Shown here: positions 25,160-34,725 of the stretch, in pieces
Position numbering within the stretch: position 1 is the stretch's first letter
Layout: the number at the start of each line of letters is the position of its first letter
From: a virus
Lineage: Duplodnaviria > Caudoviricetes
Direction: 5' to 3' (one strand)
DNA: 52,450 nt
IMG/VR virus record: IMGVR_UViG_3300048930_001392
Coordinates: 1 to 52,450 of that record
Program-made: the position numbers and the translations under genes
The notes under the pieces: generated by a model
What the model was told of the DNA's origin: nothing
The model's database searches: none
What the model saw: the letters and a program-made list of their open reading frames with translations, nothing else

Positions 25160-27635
25160 AGCCACCGTCATCGCGCGCCCGCACCCCTTCAGCCAGACGC
25201 CCAGCGTCGTGGCGGTGAAGGCAGGGCGCACCATCCAGCAGATTCTGGATGACTGCCGCGACGGGTACGAGCTCGCCAGCACCTTGCGCGTGGAAATCAA
25301 TGGCTACGAAGTGCCGGCCGAACTGTGGCAGCGCGTCAAACCCAAGGCCGGCACGAAGATCGCGCTGACGGTGATGCCGGCGGGCGGTGGTGGCAGCGGC
25401 AATAAGTGGCTGCGCCTGGTGCTAATGGTGGTGGTGATCGTTGTCGCGTGGTACGTGGCACCGATCATCATGGGCACGTCGGCAGGCGCCGCATTGGCGG
25501 GTATGGGCGTCACCACCGCCATGGTGGCATCCGGCTTGACCATGATCGGCATGGCGCTGGTCAACGCGCTTGTGCCACCACCGCAACCCAAGCTGTCCGG
25601 CCCACAGGAAGCGCCGGAACGCCAGTTTGCACTGACGGGCACCAGCAACCAGGTGAACCAGTATGGTGTGATCCCGCTGGTGCTGGGCGAAATGCGCTAC
25701 TTCCCGCCGCACGCGGCCCTGCCGTACACGGAAAACGTGGGCAGCGCGCAGTACATCCGCATGATGCTGGACCTGGGCCACGGTGATATCGACGTCAGCG
25801 ACATCCGCATCGGTGAAACCCCGATCGACAGCTACGACGAAGTGGAATACGAAATCACCACCACGCCCACGCTGTACAGCGATGACGTGTACGAAGACGC
25901 CGTGGGCGCCACGCTGGATGACGGCAACGTGGTGACGCGCACGTCGCAGGTGCAGGCCGACGAACTGGGCGTCATCATCAATTTCAACGGGCTGTATGGT
26001 GGCGACAAGAAAGGAAAGATCGTCCAGGCCACCGCCAACATCACGTTCGAATACCGCCTGGTGGGTTCCGGCACCTGGCTGGCCGCACCCATCACCACCC
26101 GAAAGTTGAACTGGTCGGCCGGCACGGTGAAGACCGCCAACCGCGACCCATTCACCGTGGCGGTGTCGTGGATTGTGCCGGCGTCTGGCCAGTACGAAGT
26201 CCGCATCACCCGCGGTGCGACCGCGTGGGGCGCAGCGGAAGCCAACAGCCGGCAAGGCGCAGCGTCGGTGTATGCGTTGCGCACCACGCGCAAGACCAAC
26301 CCCAGCACCACGGGCACCAACAAGCTGTGCCTGCGCATCAAGGCCACGGACCAGTTGAACGGCGCGGTGCAGACGCTGAACGTGCTGCAGCGCCAGTCGA
26401 TACCCGTGTGGACCGGCGCCGCCTGGGTGAACCAGTACAGCCGCAACCCGGCGTGGGTGGCGCACTGGCTGATGCGGCATTGCCCGGCCATCAAGCTGCA
26501 CGCCACCGATGCCATGATTGACCTGGACGCGCTGGAAGAATTCGCAGATTACTGCACCGCCCGCGAACTTGAATGCAGCATGGTGGTGGACAGCGCGACC
26601 ACGTTGCTGGAACTGGTCAGCGATGTGTTTTCCGCCGGCATGGCAACGCGAGGGTTCCGCGACGGCAAGATCAGCGTGGTGTGGGACAAGCCGGACCAGC
26701 AGCCGGTGGGCGTGTTCACGCCCAACAATTCCAACAAGTTCGCCGGGCAGCGCAGTTTCTTCGAAATGCCGCACGGCTTGCGCGTGAAGTTCACCAACCC
26801 GGATGCCGGTTATATCACCGACGAAATCATCGTACTGGATGACGGCTACAGCCACCGCGGGCTTGATGCGCGCGGCATTGCGTCCGCGCTGCCGGCGGCG
26901 TCACGCTTTGAAACCATGGATCTGAAGGCCTGCCGTGGCGCGCAAGCGGCCTGGCGCGCTGGACGCCACCAGATGGGCCAAGCCAAATTCCGGCCCAGCA
27001 ACTACAGCCTGGAAACCGATATCGAAATGATCCGCCACACCCGCGGCGATCTGGTGACGGTGATGGATGACGTGGTGGAGTGGGGCGAAGGCTGGGGTCG
27101 CATCAAGTCCATCGTGGGCAACACGGTGACACTGGATGAAGTAGTGACCTTCACCGTGGGCACCACGTATTACGCGCAGTTCCGTTGCGACGACGGCAGC
27201 ATCCCCGACATGGCGTGCACGCCGGCCGCCACCGAAACCAACACATTCACCGTGGCAAGTCTGCCCGGGCAGGTGAAGGTGGGCGACGTAGTGGCGCTGG
27301 GTTCGGCCATCAAGCAAACCCGCGACATGCTGGTCACGGCGATCACGCCAGGTCAAGACCTGATGGCCACCATCAAGCTGGTTGACTACGCGCCTGCGCT
27401 GTTCGATTACATCGACAACCCGCCCGACACCATCATCAGCGAGGCCACCGGCTTGACCTACCTGGACCCGCCCGACCCGCCACGCATTACGGTGATCATA
27501 AGCGGGCAGGGGTCATCCGCACCGGATGATGCGGGTGTAACCACGCCGTCCGTCACGCTGGGCGTGGGCGCTGGCGGTGCGGCCGGTGGTTACGTGCGCC
27601 GTGCGCCGTGGCGCGACAGCAGGAGCGCGCAGTAA
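25146..27635 (+). CDS. Tail tip / host-specificity protein (gpI+gpJ-like)
   Basis: N-terminal ubiquitin-like domain and hydrophobic segment; 'IPLVLG', 'IKATDQLNG' and 'SRNPAW' motifs. Confidence 0.85.
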   Translation: MYADEATVIARPHPFSQTPSVVAVKAGRTIQQILDDCRDGYELASTLRVEINGYEVPAELWQRVKPKAGTKIALTVMPAGGGGSGNKWLRLVLMVVVIVVAWYVAPIIMGTSAGAALAGMGVTTAMVASGLTMIGMALVNALVPPPQPKLSGPQEAPERQFALTGTSNQVNQYGVIPLVLGEMRYFPPHAALPYTENVGSAQYIRMMLDLGHGDIDVSDIRIGETPIDSYDEVEYEITTTPTLYSDDVYEDAVGATLDDGNVVTRTSQVQADELGVIINFNGLYGGDKKGKIVQATANITFEYRLVGSGTWLAAPITTRKLNWSAGTVKTANRDPFTVAVSWIVPASGQYEVRITRGATAWGAAEANSRQGAASVYALRTTRKTNPSTTGTNKLCLRIKATDQLNGAVQTLNVLQRQSIPVWTGAAWVNQYSRNPAWVAHWLMRHCPAIKLHATDAMIDLDALEEFADYCTARELECSMVVDSATTLLELVSDVFSAGMATRGFRDGKISVVWDKPDQQPVGVFTPNNSNKFAGQRSFFEMPHGLRVKFTNPDAGYITDEIIVLDDGYSHRGLDARGIASALPAASRFETMDLKACRGAQAAWRAGRHQMGQAKFRPSNYSLETDIEMIRHTRGDLVTVMDDVVEWGEGWGRIKSIVGNTVTLDEVVTFTVGTTYYAQFRCDDGSIPDMACTPAATETNTFTVASLPGQVKVGDVVALGSAIKQTRDMLVTAITPGQDLMATIKLVDYAPALFDYIDNPPDTIISEATGLTYLDPPDPPRITVIISGQGSSAPDDAGVTTPSVTLGVGAGGAAGGYVRRAPWRDSRSAQ

Positions 27636-30508
27636 TGCCTTCCGTCGCCGCCCAATACGAAATCCGCTGGCGCTTGGCCAGCAGTTCCGGTGCCTGGTCC
27701 ACCAAGATTGTGCCGGTCACATCGGAAGCGATCACACTAGACGGACTGGAGCGCGGCAAGTCCTATGAAGGCGAGGCGCGAGCCCTGTCCGCCGCCGGCA
27801 CGCCCAGCGACTGGACGCCCGTCACGTTCACCGTTGCCGATCCGTCGATGGTGCCGCGTGCGCCTACAGGCCTGACTGCGTTGGCGGTGGCGGATGGTGT
27901 GTCGTTGAAGTGGACGGCGGACGCGGAACAGCCGGCAGACGTTGAATACTGCATCGAGCGTGCCGCCACCAGCAGCGGCGCATACACCGAATTCACGCGC
28001 GTGCGTGCGATGCAGTACACGTACCCGCTGACGGACGCCACGGTGTGGTGGTTCCGCGTGCGCGCGGTGAATTTCGGGTTGGTGTATTCGGCATACAGTG
28101 GTCTGGTGAGTAGCGCGGGTGTGCAGGTGTCGGCGATTGCGGCATCTGCGGCGGCGGCCTTAGCTGCAGCGGCTACTGCGCAATCGACTGCGGACGGAAA
28201 GATCGATACTTTCTTCCAGCCTGCGGCACCGGAACACCCGCCCGCATCACTCGGCGATCTGTGGTTCGACACAGGGGACGGCAATAAACAATATTGCAGC
28301 AACGGCAGCGCGTGGGTGCTTGCGCAAGACACTGCGATTGGTACAGCGATTGCAAATGCGGCGGGCGCACAATCAACCGCCAACAGCAAAGTGCGCACTT
28401 GGTTTGCGCCAGAAGCATCACCGCCCACGGCATCGGCCACTGGCGACTTGTGGTACGTAACAGATCGTGCGCAACTCTATCGCTGGAGTGGTTCGGCCTG
28501 GCAACTTACGGCCGACAATTCGCAGGTCGTGATTGATCCTGCTGTAGCAAATCCCCGCTTTGAGGCCGGGCAAAGTGGCTGGGGAGGATGGGGCACATAC
28601 GTAAATTGGCAAGCGACTGGCGGTGTCGGCGGCACAGCAAGGGCACTATTTCATTCATCCCCGGGATATCGCCTGGTCAATGAAGGGAGAATGCCTGTAC
28701 GTCCGGGCGGAATTCTGTGCGTGTCTGCTTATCTGAATCGCAACGGTGTCGCGGCCGATGTTGGATTTATGTTGTCGGTGATCACCTACGACGAAAACGG
28801 CACGCAGTTGCAAGTATTCGACTTGCCAGTGACGCTGACGGATGTTGGCCCTGGCGGTGTCCCTGGCTATGTTCGAAAGTTTACTGGCGTGATCGGTCCG
28901 ACGGCTCGATATGCCCTATTCAACGCCTATAGCCTGAACACTTCGGGCGGCGCATGGGGCATGGATCAGGTCAATATGTTCCAGCTTGCGGACTCCATAT
29001 CAATCACCGCAGGGCTGGGCGCGAACCTAGCGCCAAACGCTTCATTTGGGAAGATGACTGGGCTCCTTACCCCTTGGACGGTCACCTGGAATCCGTCAGC
29101 ATCCGTCTACACCATCAAGAACAAAGCGGCCGGTTTCTTGAATCCTGGTTATGCTTTTGCGGATGGTGGGAATTTTGAGTGGCGCGAGGCTGGCATTGGA
29201 GCGGGCAGCCCTGCTGTTACTGATTTCGGCTGCACTACAAAAATACCGGTAACGGGCGGCGAATGGTATGAGTACAGCATGCTGTTGTCGATTTTCCGCT
29301 GCACTGCGCAACTCAATGTCGGCTGGCTTGACGCAGCAGGTGCATCAATCAGTGAAGATGGAACGCCATACTTTGCGGAAAACGCTGCCTACGATGCGCA
29401 ACCTCCGCAGCCGGGCAGGTATGCGCTAAGGGGCGGAATCTGGAAATCGCCATCCAATGCTGCGCATGCAGTCATCCGAATTCGTAAGGCTGTCACCATC
29501 GGAGGCTTCGGTGACAGCTATGTATTTGGCGCGCAGGCGTACTTTGGTAGAGCCAAAGAAAACCAGACCGAATTTACTTTATGGGCCGACTCTGCTCCCG
29601 CTACCGTTGACGAGATTGGAGAGGGGTTAACGTATGGGAACCTGGCGTTGGCAGATGGGTATCTGTCCAGCGGCGTGCGCCGCATAGGCCTGCGGGTGCC
29701 GGGCAGCGGTCAGCGCATCGGACGCCAGGACAACCTGCTGCAGGTGGTGTCGCAGAACGTTGCCACCACCACGAAGCTGTCGGCCAATAGCAGCGGCCAA
29801 GTCACGGTGATCGCGCACGTGGCCAATTACGGTTCGTTCACCGTCAGCTATTCCGGCGTGACCAATGCCGTCACCGGCCTGACCGTTGGCTCTACGTATG
29901 TGATCTATTGCATCGATGACGGATTCGCAGGCGGCACACGCACCTGGTACGCCGGCACCAACCCGGCAACAGTCGCTGCGCTGGGTGATGGCGTGTACAT
30001 CGCCGGCCAGATCACCATTCCATCATCGGGCAGTTCATCGGGCGGCGGTGGCGGTGGCGGCACCAGCCCCGGTGACTGGTGCGTGGCCGCCGACAGTTTC
30101 CTGCCCGATGGCACGCTGGCGGAAGCCATCCAGCCCGGCATGATGCTGCCCTGCTACAACGAACAACCCAACACCCCCAACATCCGCCACATGGCTGTGG
30201 AGCGCAACGACTCCGCCAACGTCGAATGCTTGCGCCTGGTCACCACGTCCGGCGCCAGCATCGTGGCGTCACTGACCACGCCTATGACGCTACGCGATGG
30301 GCGCTGCGTACCCATCACCGATATGCTGCACCGTGAAGTGATCGTGTACCGCCTGGACGGCACGTTCACGTGGGAGGAAGTCATCGCATTGCAACCGATG
30401 GGAACCCAAAAGGTCAGCAAGATCGTCGTGCATCAGCAGTGCTATTTCGCGGGCGAAACCATGGATGCGTTCATCGCCACGCACAACCCATTGAACCAGA
30501 AACCCTGA
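27635..30508 (+). CDS. Tail fibre / receptor-binding protein with FN3-like and carbohydrate-binding-like domains and a C-terminal Hint domain
   Basis: Two FN3-like N-terminal domains, two 'GDLW' repeats, NPxFE/NASF modules, a Gly/Ser linker, then CVAADSFLPDG...YFAG...IATHN. Confidence 0.75.
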   Translation: MPSVAAQYEIRWRLASSSGAWSTKIVPVTSEAITLDGLERGKSYEGEARALSAAGTPSDWTPVTFTVADPSMVPRAPTGLTALAVADGVSLKWTADAEQPADVEYCIERAATSSGAYTEFTRVRAMQYTYPLTDATVWWFRVRAVNFGLVYSAYSGLVSSAGVQVSAIAASAAAALAAAATAQSTADGKIDTFFQPAAPEHPPASLGDLWFDTGDGNKQYCSNGSAWVLAQDTAIGTAIANAAGAQSTANSKVRTWFAPEASPPTASATGDLWYVTDRAQLYRWSGSAWQLTADNSQVVIDPAVANPRFEAGQSGWGGWGTYVNWQATGGVGGTARALFHSSPGYRLVNEGRMPVRPGGILCVSAYLNRNGVAADVGFMLSVITYDENGTQLQVFDLPVTLTDVGPGGVPGYVRKFTGVIGPTARYALFNAYSLNTSGGAWGMDQVNMFQLADSISITAGLGANLAPNASFGKMTGLLTPWTVTWNPSASVYTIKNKAAGFLNPGYAFADGGNFEWREAGIGAGSPAVTDFGCTTKIPVTGGEWYEYSMLLSIFRCTAQLNVGWLDAAGASISEDGTPYFAENAAYDAQPPQPGRYALRGGIWKSPSNAAHAVIRIRKAVTIGGFGDSYVFGAQAYFGRAKENQTEFTLWADSAPATVDEIGEGLTYGNLALADGYLSSGVRRIGLRVPGSGQRIGRQDNLLQVVSQNVATTTKLSANSSGQVTVIAHVANYGSFTVSYSGVTNAVTGLTVGSTYVIYCIDDGFAGGTRTWYAGTNPATVAALGDGVYIAGQITIPSSGSSSGGGGGGGTSPGDWCVAADSFLPDGTLAEAIQPGMMLPCYNEQPNTPNIRHMAVERNDSANVECLRLVTTSGASIVASLTTPMTLRDGRCVPITDMLHREVIVYRLDGTFTWEEVIALQPMGTQKVSKIVVHQQCYFAGETMDAFIATHNPLNQKP

Positions 30509-30520
30509 CAGGCCACCGCC

Positions 30521-30826
30521 ATGATCACCTATGACCAATTCATCGCCAACGTAAACGAAAACGATCTGGCCGTGCTGACCAGCTTTTCTGTGGGCAAGCG
30601 CATCATCTGCCTGACTCAACAGGAAGCCGATGCGATGATCGTGCAGTGCGAACGCCTGCGCGAGGCCGGCATGTGCTGGCGCATTGTGTACGCCAAGGAA
30701 AATAAGGCGGGCGGTGTGGAATTTCAGTTCGATGGCTACGTTGATCCGGTGGGCGCCGGCTACATCGCCAAGGCTGCGCGCGAACGCGTGATGATCAGCC
30801 GCGACCCGTTGCCCACCACACCCTAG
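30521..30826 (+). CDS. Hypothetical protein
   Basis: Clean ORF in the operon after the fibre gene. Confidence 0.6.
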   Translation: MITYDQFIANVNENDLAVLTSFSVGKRIICLTQQEADAMIVQCERLREAGMCWRIVYAKENKAGGVEFQFDGYVDPVGAGYIAKAARERVMISRDPLPTTP

Positions 30827-30837
30827 GAGTAAGGCCC

Positions 30838-31320
30838 ATGTTCAAACAGATCACCATCGACAACGCGCCCCCGCTGTCCGGTCACTACGAGTTGCAGGAC
30901 GGCGCGCTGTGCCGCGTCACCCTGACCAAGCAAGGGTCTGCCAACGGCCATGTGCACTACGAAGCACAGGGGTGGCTGGTGAATGACGCTGGCCAGTTCG
31001 TCACCGATGCGTCTGGCTTCCCCATCCGTACGCCAGGCAGCGTGCACGGCCTGCACCTGTCGGCAGTGGCCAACCGCACCGCAAGCCGTGATGCCGGCTG
31101 GGTGAAGGTGGCCAGCACCGTCGACCCCACGGCTGAAGTGACGGGCTACGAACCCACGGACGGCGCGCCCGGCGCCGATGCAGACCCCGCGCTGAAATAC
31201 TTTGACGCTCAGGCCAGCCAGGCGTGGGCGTGGAGTGCCGGCGAACTGGAAGGCTGGCGGCAGGCGAAGGCGGAAGAGTTGGCGCAGATTCTGGCCGAAC
31301 GGGCGCTGGACGCGGAGTAA
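30838..31320 (+). CDS. Hypothetical protein (possible fibre assembly factor)
   Basis: SD AGGAG; last gene before late-motif copy 3. Confidence 0.6.
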   Translation: MFKQITIDNAPPLSGHYELQDGALCRVTLTKQGSANGHVHYEAQGWLVNDAGQFVTDASGFPIRTPGSVHGLHLSAVANRTASRDAGWVKVASTVDPTAEVTGYEPTDGAPGADADPALKYFDAQASQAWAWSAGELEGWRQAKAEELAQILAERALDAE

Positions 31321-31321
31321 C

Positions 31322-31341
31322 GTCAAGCCGCCGGGCCGACA
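31322..31341 (+). promoter_or_regulatory. Late-promoter motif, copy 3
   Basis: GTCAAGCCGCCGGGCCGACA. Confidence 0.75.
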
Positions 31342-31393
31342 GCACGGCCCGGCGCGTGTGTAGTGGCGTGCAGTACACACCGGGAATCACGCC

Positions 31394-31795
31394 GTGGCGA
31401 ACGCAATTTATCCGAAATACAAGGAAGCCGTGCTGGGTTCGGCGGTCAACAGTTCGCTATCTGCTGGCGTCGTGAAGGCGGCACTGGTGGACACCGCGAC
31501 GTACACGTATTCGGCGGCGCACGAATTCCAGACTTCGCTGTCTGGCGTTGTCGGCACAGCGGTGACGCTGGGCACGAAGACCATCGTCAATGGCGCGTTC
31601 GATTCCGCCGATCCCACGTTTGCTGCCGCGGCCGGCGCATCGGCGGAAGCGATCGTGATCTACATCGACACCGGCACGCCGGCCACGTCGCGCCTGGTGG
31701 CGTTCCTGGACACGGGTTTCACCGGGCTGCCGGTCACCCCGGGCGGTGGCGACATCACCGTGGCGGTGAATGCGTCGGGCTGGTTCACGCTGTAA
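31394..31795 (+). CDS. Putative virion fibre/appendage subunit
   Basis: 'MANAIYPKYKEA...FDSADPTF...GLPVTPGGGDIT' is a recurrent phage structural pattern. Confidence 0.6.
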   Translation: MANAIYPKYKEAVLGSAVNSSLSAGVVKAALVDTATYTYSAAHEFQTSLSGVVGTAVTLGTKTIVNGAFDSADPTFAAAAGASAEAIVIYIDTGTPATSRLVAFLDTGFTGLPVTPGGGDITVAVNASGWFTL

Positions 31796-31816
31796 GGCGC
31801 GCCCTGACGGCCGGCC

Positions 31817-32758
31817 ATGGGAATCAAGCACGGGAAGGTGTCGGCCAAGTCGGATGGCGGCGATGCCACGCTGATACAGCCGTCTGACTGGAACGATGAC
31901 CACGACATCGATGGTCAGTTGAATATACCGGTGGTGGCGTCACCCACGTTGCCGCCTACCGATGTCATGGCGCTGTTCGCGCGCAAGGTGGCGTCCCGTT
32001 TGTTGCCGGCGTTCGTAGGCCCGGCCGGGCTTGATTCCAGCCTGCAGCCACTTCTGGCGCGCAACAAGATCGGGTGGGTGAACCCGAACGGCAACGGCAC
32101 AGTGTTAGGGGTGATGGGCCTTGCGTTGACGGCCACCGGCACCGCGACCGGCGCGAACGTCGCCACCACCAACATCCACACATGGATGCGGCGCCTGGAC
32201 TATCTGGTAACTACTGCGGCCACGACGGCAATCGCGGGCTGGCGCAGTACCGCGGCACAGTTCGGCACAGGCAACGGCGCTGGCCTGGGCGGTTTCTTCG
32301 TGGTCACGCGCTTCGGTCCGGCCACCGGAGTTGCCACCAGCACCACGCGCTGTTTCGTAGGCATGCGCAACGTCACGTCTGCACCCACGGACGTGGAGCC
32401 GTCCACGCTGGTCAACTGCATCGGTGTGGGTTGGGATGCTGCTGACACCAACATGCAGATTTTCCACAACGACGCGTCCGGCACATGCACCAAGGTCGAC
32501 CTGGGCGCATCGTTCCCAGTACCTACGGCTGACCGCACGAAGGCCTACGAACTTGTGTTGTTCTGCGCACCCAATTCGACGACGATCTATTACCAGGTCA
32601 CGGATCTTGGCACCGGTGCAGTGGCGGAGGGTGCCATCACCACCAACATCCCCAGCAACACCACGCTGCTGGCGCCGCAGGGCTGGATGAGTGCGGGCGG
32701 CACGTCGAGCGTGATCGGTATCGCGCTGATGAGTCTGTACACCGAAACGGACAGCTGA
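31817..32758 (+). CDS. Putative virion structural protein (Thr/Gly-rich, beta)
   Basis: N-terminal 'IKH...DGGDATLIQPSDWNDDH' anchor-like motif. Confidence 0.6.
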   Translation: MGIKHGKVSAKSDGGDATLIQPSDWNDDHDIDGQLNIPVVASPTLPPTDVMALFARKVASRLLPAFVGPAGLDSSLQPLLARNKIGWVNPNGNGTVLGVMGLALTATGTATGANVATTNIHTWMRRLDYLVTTAATTAIAGWRSTAAQFGTGNGAGLGGFFVVTRFGPATGVATSTTRCFVGMRNVTSAPTDVEPSTLVNCIGVGWDAADTNMQIFHNDASGTCTKVDLGASFPVPTADRTKAYELVLFCAPNSTTIYYQVTDLGTGAVAEGAITTNIPSNTTLLAPQGWMSAGGTSSVIGIALMSLYTETDS

Positions 32759-32760
32759 CC

Positions 32761-34371
32761 GTGGCCGCCGCGTTTGATCCAGCGGCCTTTGACCTGGGTG
32801 CATTCGAAGCGGCTGCGCCTGGCGGTGGTGGCGGTGGCGTTGTTGGCGACGACACCGCTGGTGGTGATACGTCACCCACCAGTGGCGACCGCGCATGGAT
32901 AACTGATTTTGTCATGCCCGCCGATGGCGATCTGGTCATGGGCTATCTGCGGTTCGACGCCACGTCCACCGCAGGTTGTAACGCCAAGTTCCTGGTGTAC
33001 GCGGGCGGCAGCAATGCGCTGCTGTACGCATCGTCCGGGCAAGCGGTGCCCGGTGGTGGTGGCGTGCTGGCGTTCGCGATCGATGTCCCTGGCCTTACCG
33101 GCGGGCAAACAATCCGGCTGGGCGGTGTAACCGACAGCTTCCAGGCGAAGTTCCAGGTGGATGCGGGCGGTGGGCAGTCGCGCATGGAAGCGTGCGGATA
33201 CGCGAGCCCGGCGGCCACGTGGGTAGAAAGCGCGCCGGGCGCAGGCGGCATGAACGCCTGGGCAGACTACGAAAGCGGCGCGGGTGGCGGCACCACGCTG
33301 ACGCAGGAAGCCACGTTCACCGATGCTGATGGGTTCCATGCAGGAAGCCTGCGCCACGGCATCACCCATGCGTCAGCGTTCAATGACGCCGACAGCTTCC
33401 ACGCAGGTGCTGTGCGTCATGCCTTGACGCAGGCGTCTGGTTACAGCGATGCGGATACCTTCCACGCCGGCACGCTGCGCCAGGCGATCACGCAAGCCAG
33501 CCCCTTCACGGACGCGGACACCTTCCACGGCGGCGTGCTGTCATCCGGTGGCACGGTGCTGGCGCAGGAAACGCCCTACGCTGACGCGGATACTTTCCAC
33601 CTTGGCACGCTGCACCAGCGCGTCACGCAGGCGTCGACGCTGGGTGACGGCGACACCTTCTACGCAGCAAACTTGCACCAGCGCATCACTGCGCCTGCGT
33701 TCACCGACAGCGATCAATTCCACGGGGCCACGCTGCGCCTGGTCATCACGCAGGGCGCGACGTTCGCAGACGGTGACACCTTCCACGCCAGCGCATTGCG
33801 CCAGGCGCTTGGGCAGGCCGCTACGTTCGCGGACAGTGACAGTTTCCACGCCGCCACGCTGCACCAGCGCATCACCCAGGCCACGCCCTATGCGGATGCG
33901 GATGCGTTCCATGGCGGCGTGCTGCTGGCCGGCGGTTCGCTGCTGGTGCAGGCCAGCACGTTCACCGATGCCGACAGCTTCCACAGCGGCACCTTGCACC
34001 AGCGCATCACGCAGGTGGCGGGCTTTGCGGACGGCGACACGTTCGCGGGCGGGCAGATCCACCAGCGCATCGTGGAATCGGCAATGTTCGCCGATGCCGA
34101 CACCTTCCACGGTGCCACGCTGCGCCTGGTCATCACCGGCACGGTGCCGTTCAACAATGCGCAGGCCTTCCATGGCGGCACGGTGGCCGCTGCGATCGTC
34201 AGTCCGCAGGCGGTGGCCTATCGCGCGCCACCGGAATGCCGTCATTACGTCGCGCCCCCAGCTCGCCGTGCGTTTGCTTTACCGCCCGAGCCCCGCAACT
34301 ACACCGCCCCGCACAGCGCCCGCACCTTCGTGGCGCCACCCGCGCTGCGCACCCTTGCCCTTACTGCATAA
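32761..34371 (+). CDS. Repeat-rich fibre-like protein
   Basis: 14 repeats of about 21 aa (ITQAxxFxDxDxFHxxxLxxx), then about five 9-aa Rx[YF]xAPP repeats. Confidence 0.7.
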   Translation: MAAAFDPAAFDLGAFEAAAPGGGGGGVVGDDTAGGDTSPTSGDRAWITDFVMPADGDLVMGYLRFDATSTAGCNAKFLVYAGGSNALLYASSGQAVPGGGGVLAFAIDVPGLTGGQTIRLGGVTDSFQAKFQVDAGGGQSRMEACGYASPAATWVESAPGAGGMNAWADYESGAGGGTTLTQEATFTDADGFHAGSLRHGITHASAFNDADSFHAGAVRHALTQASGYSDADTFHAGTLRQAITQASPFTDADTFHGGVLSSGGTVLAQETPYADADTFHLGTLHQRVTQASTLGDGDTFYAANLHQRITAPAFTDSDQFHGATLRLVITQGATFADGDTFHASALRQALGQAATFADSDSFHAATLHQRITQATPYADADAFHGGVLLAGGSLLVQASTFTDADSFHSGTLHQRITQVAGFADGDTFAGGQIHQRIVESAMFADADTFHGATLRLVITGTVPFNNAQAFHGGTVAAAIVSPQAVAYRAPPECRHYVAPPARRAFALPPEPRNYTAPHSARTFVAPPALRTLALTA

Positions 34372-34384
34372 ACGGAGACACCGC

Positions 34385-34669
34385 ATGCAAACGCCCATCA
34401 CCTGGAAGCCCGGCGAAACCCGCGCCCAAGATCCCAACGCGGCGCTGGACTACACCATGGATTTCGCCCCGTGGCTGGACGGCGGCGCGCTGGCCAGTTG
34501 CACCGCCACCGGCAGCAATTGCACCGCCGGCACGCCCACCATCGCCGGCACGGTGGTCAAGTGGCGCGTGAGCGACGTGGTAGCCGGCGCCACGGTGACG
34601 CTGCACCCGACGACCACGGACGGCCAGTTCGACGACTTCACGTTCAAATACACGCCCACGCCAAAGTAA
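34385..34669 (+). CDS. Fibre-tail adaptor-like protein
   Basis: 'QDPNAALDYTMDFAPWL' motif; SD GGAGA before ATG 34385. Confidence 0.65.
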   Translation: MQTPITWKPGETRAQDPNAALDYTMDFAPWLDGGALASCTATGSNCTAGTPTIAGTVVKWRVSDVVAGATVTLHPTTTDGQFDDFTFKYTPTPK

Positions 34670-34675
34670 ACGGGC

Positions 34676-34695
34676 GTCAAGCCGCCGGGCCGACA
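34676..34695 (+). promoter_or_regulatory. Late-promoter motif, copy 4 (upstream of lysis cassette)
   Basis: GTCAAGCCGCCGGGCCGACA. Confidence 0.75.
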
Positions 34696-34725
34696 GCGGG
34701 GCAGGGGCGGGGTGCAATGCGCGGC

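Noticed and set aside
10953-26855. Long minus-strand ORFs (e.g. 10953-12932, 16759-18288, 25422-26855)
   Set aside because: They are antisense shadows of high-GC genes that have clear plus-strand products.
30080-30490. Canonical splicing intein
   Set aside because: The residue after HN is Pro, only six residues follow, and there is no homing endonuclease; kept as a Hint cleavage domain.
33298-34190. CRISPR array or DGR template/variable repeats
   Set aside because: The repeats are degenerate, in-frame protein repeats with no spacers; no cas or reverse transcriptase gene is present.
3048-34725. Upstream starts in the ORF track (3048, 7486, 10521, 13018, 15603, 24152, 33449, 34471)
   Set aside because: The extensions overlap other genes or terminators; coupled or SD-supported starts downstream were used instead.
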